Source of the DNA: Yuukianura sp. NJ FZ-2021
Lineage: Eukaryota
Length of the DNA: 64,000 nucleotides
Direction of reading: 5' to 3'
Assembly: GCA_046563655.1 (NCBI GenBank)
Contig: CM102285.1
Location: 8,122,001-8,186,000, forward strand
Below the pieces are notes generated by a model. That model worked only from the letters and a program-made list of their open reading frames with translations, ran no database searches and was not told the origin of the DNA. Positions 13,101 through 21,165 of the stretch are shown one piece after another. Numbering within the stretch: the stretch's first letter is position 1; every line of letters begins with the position of its first letter. The translations under genes and the position numbers were made by a program.

Positions 13101-14339
13101 TTATTTCTTAATAACCAATCCCGCGTCGATTTTAATAATAGAGTTATTGTTTAAAAACGCCGCCACATCGAAAGTTTCGACGTCCTCATTCTCATCCCAT
13201 TCCGTAACTCGTCGAGCAGGCACCGTAGGTTCTACATCCATGTCATTAATGTGAAAAGGTTGATACTTCTGGAGGTTTAAAATAGTCTGAGGACGTGGAC
13301 TCGTGCGTACTGGTGGAGAATTGAGTTGCTGTTGGTCCACTGGGCTGCAGGATGCAATATGCAGTACTTTAAGATAACTTGGAGAGCCCCACTGTATACT
13401 CTGATAGAGATGTTGAAAATTCATCTCGATGTGAAAGGTTTGTGTTGTGTCGATGGTGTTAGTTTCGGTAGGAGGCAGAGTTTCCTCGGTCTCCAGAATG
13501 CTCCTCGAAACTCCCAAAGGTGTACCGCAGTCCTCCGTAGACGAGTTGTAGTAATCGGTAATACTAATAGCAAGGTCGGGGCAAATTAACTGTGCCGGAT
13601 TTAAGTAGCAGTTGGAAGGCATCTGTTTTTTCAGTGCGCATGAACTATTTTGAATTCCCGGGAAACGCCAGACTAACAGTCCTCTCTGTGTCCAACAGGA
13701 TAGATCCTTAAACGGGCAAGGTGATTGCAAGTCCGGGAGGAGGGAAGCACGTACGTTGCCGGAATAAGGATCATGTTGCATATCCACAAGTGAAATATAA
13801 TAATTAAGGATTCTAACCCCCCATGGTTCTTTATGTCCAAATTGCGTATCATTTGTTATCAAAAAATTACGGGTAGCTAAAGTGGTGTCATTCAGAATAG
13901 ACATAGGATATCCATCAGGATCAGTCCGCGTAAGATGCATATGGATGCATTTTGTTGGAGTAATAGCTTGTGGAAAGAGCGTAGTGTTGGTGGAGAAGGG
14001 TTTGGAGTGTGACGGATTATAGTACAATTCCTTAACCTCAAGGACACAATGATACCCCTGCACGTAAGTGGTCGGAGAGAGGCCACTCCATAGGGCGACA
14101 GAAATTAAGGCGGAATCTTTTAAATCATAAGGGCAGCTTTCAGGGCGGGTCCTTAGCATTCCCAAAGTCCAAATGCGAGTCCCATTGGTGGGCGGTAATA
14201 ATTCTGGTGTTTCTGTTAAAGCGGTTAAACGAGCATAATGGTCAAATTCAGTCGTGATCAACCGAATCTCCGCTGAAATTAGAGATGACATTGTAACCAG
14301 GATGACCCATAACCCCAGTGTCCCCTTAATTGAAGTCAT
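13101..14339 (-). CDS. env-like paralog 3: intact 412 aa secreted class III fusion-domain-like protein
   Basis: Signal peptide MTSIKGTLGLWVILVTMSSLISA; GYHC...TKC..M...DPDG...LNDTT...NYY...CPFKDLSC...LVW...ICPDL shared with the other paralogs; many N-glycosylation sequons; no TM helix. Confidence 0.85.
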   Translation of the reverse strand: MTSIKGTLGLWVILVTMSSLISAEIRLITTEFDHYARLTALTETPELLPPTNGTRIWTLGMLRTRPESCPYDLKDSALISVALWSGLSPTTYVQGYHCVLEVKELYYNPSHSKPFSTNTTLFPQAITPTKCIHMHLTRTDPDGYPMSILNDTTLATRNFLITNDTQFGHKEPWGVRILNYYISLVDMQHDPYSGNVRASLLPDLQSPCPFKDLSCWTQRGLLVWRFPGIQNSSCALKKQMPSNCYLNPAQLICPDLAISITDYYNSSTEDCGTPLGVSRSILETEETLPPTETNTIDTTQTFHIEMNFQHLYQSIQWGSPSYLKVLHIASCSPVDQQQLNSPPVRTSPRPQTILNLQKYQPFHINDMDVEPTVPARRVTEWDENEDVETFDVAAFLNNNSIIKIDAGLVIKK

Positions 14340-14380
14340 AGTCTGTGAAAGGAAAAGTGGAGAAAAAAATATATCAGTAT

Positions 14381-15467
14381 CTAAACAGTAGCACAGGCCC
14401 CCAATTGTTGCACTTGGATGAAGGTATTCTGTTTTACATTTAGTTGCTCTACCAAAGTCTGAAATTCCGAGTCAGCCACAAATTGGGAATTGTTCATGCG
14501 AAGGAGGGTCGTGGGAGAAGTAGTGATTTTGACAAGAAGCTGGTTAGGTTTAATGATTTCCATATAATGAGGCTGTATTTGGCGACGGGAAAAAGGGCAG
14601 TAGATGAACGTAGGCGTAACATAGCACATGTAATCTGTGTATGTAGTAAAAGCACATAGAGGATCTGAATCTACAAGGAAATGTTCTTGCAAAAGGAATC
14701 CGTTTAGTAGAAGGCAATGGCGTTGTCCAAAGTAGCAAGGTTGGGGAGGTAAAAATAAGTCTGTACTTGTAATTTGTAGAGACACTGGATCCACATGTAG
14801 GGCAACTTGATACACATGAAAATCCACAAAAATGTTTTCCTCATTCGGATGATATCGTTGATGAATCAAAGGATTACGATCCTTATAAGTCGTACGAAAT
14901 TTAGGTTTAACCCACGTCAAAAAAACTTTAAATTGAGAGTGGTTGATCGGCAGATTATAATACGCAAAGAACTCAGAGAAAGCAGGTCAATAGGCGGCCC
15001 TGATGGTCCATGTGATGCATGATCATATCGTAACATTGATCCAAAGTAAAATTGTTGTTCAAAAAAATTGTACCATAGTCGTTGTAAAAGGTAGTGATAT
15101 CTCCCAGTCGAACTGAAGCATAAGTGTGAATTGAAGATCGAGTGCTAGTACAAACATAAGCTATACGTGGATTACCATGCTTCTTGTTTAACCGAAACTC
15201 CACAGAAGTGAGTGTAGCGTCCGACAATTGGATAGGTCGTGGTTGATGATGAGAATTCATGGTGCCAATGATCCATCGATGATGGGATGGTGATGATTGT
15301 TCGCTGGTACCCCAATCGTCCCAAATCTGTCTATTATTAAACTGAGGCTCACTCTCGTCACTCGTAAAATTGTCAGTTAAAGTAGATTCCTGAAGAACTC
15401 TAATAATTGCTGAATTGCCGCAGGCCATAAAGATGATGAGGATGAACAAACACTGTAAACTAGCCAT
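14381..15467 (-). CDS. env-like paralog 2 (one frameshift near 14975-14980)
   Basis: Signal peptide MASLQCLFILIIFMACGNSA; AYVC...DQCYDM...; continues in ORF 14381-14920 with VDPVS...PCYFGQRHC...YMCY...IYCP. No TM helix. Confidence 0.75.
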
Positions 15468-15522
15468 TGCACTGTGAAAATGAAAAGTGAATGTGACGCT
15501 AACTTATGATTGTAGGAAAGTT

Positions 15523-17658
15523 TTACTCCGGGTGTGGGATACCTTTCCAGACAAAGCCTTCACCTTGAATGTAGAGCTCACACTGACGTGGTGAAGGTGC
15601 ACTCGGGACTGAAGGACTTAAGGGACCCGGTGGCTGATAATGAATGCGATACTCCCCCTCCGGCTTAGGCAAGAGTGTAGTCAGAGTAGCTGGGGTTTGT
15701 GTCTGTCCGGCTTGGAAGAGATGCTGATCACTCGTCATAGCGGGTAGTTCAAGCAAAGGTATAACCGTTTCATCTCTCCTAGACCTAGCATGATGCTTGT
15801 TGTTTCGTCAATGTGGAAATAAAATGGTGGTTAGGTCTTCACAGGTCTTCACATAAGACTGGTTCTGGTTCCAAAACAATCTGATGGGATAGGGCATTCA
15901 TGTATCCCTGCATCTTTTGGTGTTGGTACATGAAGGCCACAGGCATATTACGTGTACAATTACCAGTTTGCTGATGAATAAAATGATATGAGTCAATCTT
16001 AGTACACATCTTGAGGGAAATCGCATCTCCTGCCAATGTAGCAATGTATCTATGGTCTCGCAGAAGCATTCTAGCAATAATATTTGGAATTTTGTTCTCG
16101 GTAAGATACGTCGTTATGTCCAAGAGCTGACGTTGATTCAAACAAGTCTGCTGTACCAAGTTTTGAATGGCGTAGGTCGCGTTGGCCCGTACCATGTCAT
16201 ATAAATATTGAAATTTAGCATTCGTTTCACCAGCTGTCAAAACCGTAGCCGGCCTCGGCGTGTGGTCAGTGAGGGGATTAATTAATTGTCGATACACATC
16301 CGCCTCGGTACCTTGTAATACGGTTTGCCTGGCTCCGGATTCGTCCAGAAAGGAGCGTGAGACTTCGGGTGTAAAACTACTACTATTTGATCTTTCAGTA
16401 ACAATAGACCCGTGAAGGTGAGAAGTAGTGATGTTAATATATTCCACAGCACGCATTGGTAGATGAGTCAGAGATGGGTGATTTGTCGGAGTTGCTATCG
16501 GAACAGGTTCTTTCGTAGGTGGGTAAAAGAAGGGGTTATCCCGAAGAAAAGAATCAATCTTGGGTTCCATGGTAGTAGTTTGTCTAGTGGGTTGTATGCT
16601 ATCATTGTCCACAGTAGATGTAGAAGTAGTAGATGGCATTGACGGAAGTCGTCGATTTGTTGTTGATTCAAAACCAGGAGCCTTAGGACGACTCGCAATT
16701 TGTCTTAAAAGAGCTTCATCCGTAGTTTGATATAATTGTCGTTTTTTACGTCCTAGTCCTTTATCAGTGTTTACCCTTGTCGCCACTTCAAAAACGGATG
16801 TGATATGAGTAAAAAACGGAAGTGAATTCTGACGCTGTGGAGAGTACATAACCCCTGTGACCCGTACCCCATCTTGAGCCCACATATGTCAACCTCATGT
16901 AAGTCAACCAGATGGTATGAGATTTCCGGGCACGAAAGTTGATTATTGTTGGTTAACAAACACTCTGTGGTCTTGACCTTTTGAATTCGACAGGTTTGAA
17001 AAAGAGAATGTGTCCAGATAAGGATAGATTCTCCAGTACTTTCACATGAATCCGCGGTGGCGGCACATGTGGCGGTTAGAGGAATCGGTGCCAGAACAGT
17101 TTGATCCAGATTATTCACAGAAATAGTAATAGAAGAAAAATAGTAATTCGTCACATCCCTCTCAATGGTTTTGGGCCAAATATAGTCAATTTCCACTACA
17201 TCAGTCGTATCCCATTTATTATCCAAGAGTAGCGTCATTTGTTTTTTATTCGGTGCCAGTTTGGTAACTACCATATCATGACACTCCTGTCGTGTAACTT
17301 TGATAGGAATTTCCCTAGAAGTACTCGAGTGGCTGCCCCAAAAGAAGAACGATCGTGTTTCGACATTCTTAACCGCCTGACAATGGAATCCTTTTATCGC
17401 GTCCATATTTGGATTCTCCGTCCAAATAGTGAGTGGTACAATCGTCGTAGTCGTATGTAGCTCATCGATTTCGCAAGTTGGAGCCTCTGGCAGTCGATAT
17501 GTCAACGCGCCGCTGTTTTTGTCACAATACCACAAATGTGGCTGTTTTGGTTGAAAGGAACCGAAATATAAACGATAGAGCGTCGTTTCCTCCAAAGATA
17601 AAGATGCCGCTATTCGAAGAGTCGTAAGAGCGTAGATGAGGGAAAAGTATAGCATCAT
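15523..17658 (-). CDS. env-like paralog 1: longest class III fusion glycoprotein (chuvirus-G/rhabdovirus-G/gB-like), two frameshifts, no TM helix
   Basis: Signal peptide; GFHC...FFFWGS...QECHDM...YIWP fusion-loop pattern; furin-type GRKKR; NAKFQYLY...TCLNQ...IARMLL...YIATLAGDAISLKMC. Frameshifts at a G run near 16853 and a short tandem duplication near 15833-15853. Confidence 0.82.
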
Positions 17659-17749
17659 GCTTCCCCCCGTTGCGGGTTATCTAAAAAGTCATGCTGGATA
17701 GTGAAGGCCAGTCCACATAAAGCTAAGGAAAGAATTAGTATACAATGTA

Positions 17750-17990
17750 TCATCCGCACTCATACGCTTCAAGCCAACGCGGTGGTCGTCGTGAACGCCT
17801 TGAAGTACTAATAGACTGTATGTCTGGTATAGGAAACGGAGATTGACGAACGTCATGCGTCACGGCTGTCGATGGGGGGTTAACTGTAGGTGCAACCTCG
17901 GGTCGTGATGTCTTTATCGGGTATGCTAACCCCTGCAGCGATACTGTGGATGGTGTTTCTGCTCCTACGGTAGACCAACCCGAGGTTCTG
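17750..17990 (-). pseudogene. Remnant of a pol (integrase) C-terminal tail
   Basis: Low-complexity P/S/T tail ending TSRRSRRPPRWLEAYECG*, a typical LTR-retrotransposon pol end, placed just upstream of env-1. Confidence 0.55.
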
Positions 17991-20617
17991 TCAAACAACA
18001 TTAATACCTTCGACGATGTCTTACGCATCGGTTACAACGCTGGGCATTATGAAGACCTCACCCCGGAGTCCCTGCTAAACGACGAAGCTGAGACTACTGG
18101 CGACGTCGTTCCCCTCGATACAGATAACGATGATGATGAAGTCCGGCCTGTCATGAGCCGGTTATTGGATACCCTGGAGAATGAAATGTTAATGCCACCT
18201 CTGTCCAGCTCCGTGTCTGCAAGCTCTCCTGCCCCTCATATGCCGTCAATTTCAAAACTGACTGTTCTTAGTTTGAAATGGAAAAACTGTCTTCCCTTGA
18301 CGAAAAAATCTCGTAACTCTCGGCGTAACCGTATCCTTTCTGATTCGGAAGAGGAACTTCCCGAAACCTCTACGACCTCTGACAGGAATCCAACTCCAAC
18401 ATCATTTACGTCGCACGGATTACGTCCCCGGCGTGGAGTCATCTACACTGAACGGGGCGTGTCACCCGTGGCGCACAGTTCCCGTAACGTCAAGCGCGGC
18501 AAATCAAACCGCCGTAGGGCAGACCCGGAGATAGAGCCCCCTTTCGAGTTGAATGATGTCGACACTGAGGACAATACTCACAGTGAGTCCTTAACCTACA
18601 TCCGGAAATCCGTGGCTAAGGTGTTCGCAACGTGGAAACGGGAACTCATGACTAAAAAATGTCGCCGTACGCCTTGGCGGTATGACCCTGTCCTTGCCTA
18701 CTGTGCCTCACGAAGACTAACCACAGCCCTCTGTGGGAGCTTCTTTGATGCCCTGAAGCTAACTCTGCGTCCAAAAAGTTGGACCAAACAAGTAAGTGAA
18801 TGTACGCGTTGTTAATCTGGGTTGAATTAATGATCCGTAATGTCTTACTGCAATATAGATGAGTGACAAATGTGTAGTGTCCTTCTTCAAGGCTGTAACT
18901 CAGTCGACAGAGGAAATAAGCTTTTTTCTGAATCTCCTATGCCATTGGGTAACGGAACGTTTCCAAGACTGCGTCTACAAACGTGAGTCTCATGACATCA
19001 CTTACTGTTTCAATGTAAGTACGGTTCCTTTCAAAACGATCAGTGGGTTGTGTGGTATTACTGATTGATGTCTCGCTGTTTTAATAGTGGTTATTGGACA
19101 ATGAAATTGTGTCACGAGTCGCTTTAGCGACTTGGTGTGTGAACGCCACTTGGACAGATCCCAAGCAACCCATTCGAAACCCGTACCATGATGAGTTTCT
19201 GGACTACATCCACGTGCTAGGGCCAATTTACCCCATGTTAACTCGATTGTTGGAAAGTGTGGTAATACTTGGTACTCTAAGATAAGACACCGTTAATTAT
19301 TGTCTAAAATATTCCTATTATACGGTTTATTGTAGAACAAAGCAGATCCTATCAGCGAGCACGTAATGCAAAAGATCGCGTCCTGTAAACAAGCCGCCCC
19401 TGTGACTGCTGGACCGATGTCGCGCGCTACTAAAAACCTAATCCAATACTTAGAAGATCCTCGCTTCAAACAAATGGTAAGTTAAACCAGGTTGTTATTG
19501 ATGAAAATAATTAAATTGTATGTTGTTGACCTGCCTATCAAGAAAGTCTTTTACCCACCCATGCCTTATCTATATATCCTAGTTACTAAATGATCGAGGT
19601 GCATTTGACATTGACAGTCAGGTCTTAGCGAAATCCCATACAGGCCCCCGATACCTGGTGTCAGGGTAAGAAAAACTATTGTACCTTATGCCAGTCAAAT
19701 ATTTTACAAAGATAATAATTTTCAATATTTTATTACTAGTGCATGGTTGTTAGACAGCAACCAAATGGATTTCCCCGAGGCAATCGAAAAATTCGAGAAA
19801 AAATTGGCCAAACATGGAGAGAGTTTCGTAAAGAGTCGTTGGACTGATGCTGGCGGGAATCATGACATCTTAAGGATCCCCACACCCCAAGCTGGTACCT
19901 TTCGTTAACCTTGGATTGGTAATGTCATTCTGATTTGAATTTCCTTATCCCTAGTTTACTTTCCTCAAGACCTGTTGACCTCTTCGCCCATCGAAGGGGG
20001 CGTATTCTATTGTGGATTGTGTCATGCTCATGCTGAAGAATCTAACTCCACCCAAATGAATGGCCCCGACCCCGTAAAATTTACAGCTACGGAATTCGCG
20101 GAACACGTACTGGAACACGACCCGCTCTACCGAGTCGATCAGCGTTGTGGATGCTACCAAACTCTCTGGGTATCAAATCGAGATGCGCATGCCCTCCGCT
20201 GCTCTTCCTGTGTGTGTTTCCAACACGACTTTACAGTAAGACAAAACACCTATTGAAGTATGTCCTTTGTTAAATATTTAATGCTACGTCCTGTATTCTT
20301 TTCAGGTTGAAGAAAAACGTAAGCATCTCTTTGAAGACAAAGAACGTAACCAAGAGTACCGTGGTTGCAATTTTTGCAATCTATGTAATCAAAACATGAA
20401 AAATATTGAGGCTTTGGAGCTTCATAAGGTAAAGGATTGTGTATATTGCCGCAATTGTTGGAAGCTGTATTCGGAATTAGATATGTCGCGGGAAGAGCAC
20501 ATTAGATCCTGTAATCGTTGTTTTTGCGGTGTTATTTATACCGACCCTCTGGAATGCCTAGCTTGTCGCACATATTGTTTAAAAAGAAATGTTTATTTGC
20601 CCCGCCTTGAGAATTAA
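17939..20617 (+). CDS. Antisense multi-exon gene inside the LTR element: ~700 aa, acidic/basic disordered N-terminus, Cys/His-rich (zinc-binding-like) C-terminus
   Basis: Exons ~17939-18791, 18859-19014, 19088-19261, 19336-19476, 19583-19665, 19740-19894, 19955-20235, 20306-20617 splice in frame without stops across 60-106 nt GT-AG introns. ATTAAA near 20656. The 5' start is uncertain. Confidence 0.85.
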
Positions 20618-20756
20618 GTGTCTGCTTTGTGAAGTAAGTGCCCTTAATTATGCGTATTAAAAGCAACCTTCATTTATATTACTTGTGCTGCCTTACCTTT
20701 GCTCGCAGGGAAAAAAAATTTTTTTCGTTATTACCATGTTTATTTGATTCCGTATG

Positions 20757-20777
20757 GATCCGGTTCGAATAGGACCA
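20757..20777 (-). promoter_or_regulatory. Primer-binding site, tRNA-Tyr-like
   Basis: TGGTCCTATTCGAACCGGATC 3 nt after the 5' LTR; resembles the complement of the tRNA-Tyr 3' end (TGGTCCTTCGAGCCGGA) with a 2 nt bulge. Confidence 0.8.
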
Positions 20778-20780
20778 ATA

Positions 20781-21160
20781 TGAGAGGACCTCCTGCGGAT
20801 GTGTCACTCCCACGTCGACAGTAGGCCAGGAAGAGACATCGTCATGCTGCATCTCGGAGGGCCTGGATCCAGGCTGTTCCCAACTCTACCAATAAGCACA
20901 AATACCAAGACTCTGCTAACAACAAACTCCGAACTCTCCTTCCAAATGGGTCTCAGGTATGTCTTTATTCACAATACCCCTATAACCGAAGTGCTCCCTC
21001 TCACTGGACTCAAACCGTAATACTTCCTTGGGTAGAGATCCTCTCCAGAGGACCTCTACTCAAGTACTGACTCTTGCTGAGTCGCTCCTCTCCTTCGCGC
21101 CTACAGCCTATAGATCTGCATCCCCGAGTGAGGTCACTTACCCCGGAAAGAGACCTCACA
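20781..21160 (-). repeat. 5' LTR (380 bp)
   Basis: Near-identical to 11330-11709; followed by the PBS on the minus strand. Confidence 0.97.
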
Positions 21161-21165
21161 CCTCG

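Larger units (their letters stand above)
11330..21160 (-). mobile_element. Complete non-autonomous LTR retroelement (copy B) lacking gag/pol, with four env-like ORFs and an antisense spliced gene
   Basis: LTRs 11330-11709 and 20781-21160, TSD CCTCG at 11325-11329 and 21161-21165, PBS and PPT on the minus strand. The 5 bp TSD and tRNA-Tyr-like PBS suggest BEL/Pao; the pol-tail remnant is also compatible with Gypsy. Confidence 0.96.

Noticed and set aside
11955..17658. Integrated rhabdovirus or chuvirus genome
   Set aside because: No N or L gene and no conserved transcription stop-start signals; the ORFs sit between LTRs and are preceded by splice acceptors.
20251..20275. Premature stop (TGA) inactivating the antisense gene in copy B
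   Set aside because: The stop falls inside the intron 20236-20305 when the donor ACA|GTAAGA is used, which matches ACT|GTACGT in copy A.
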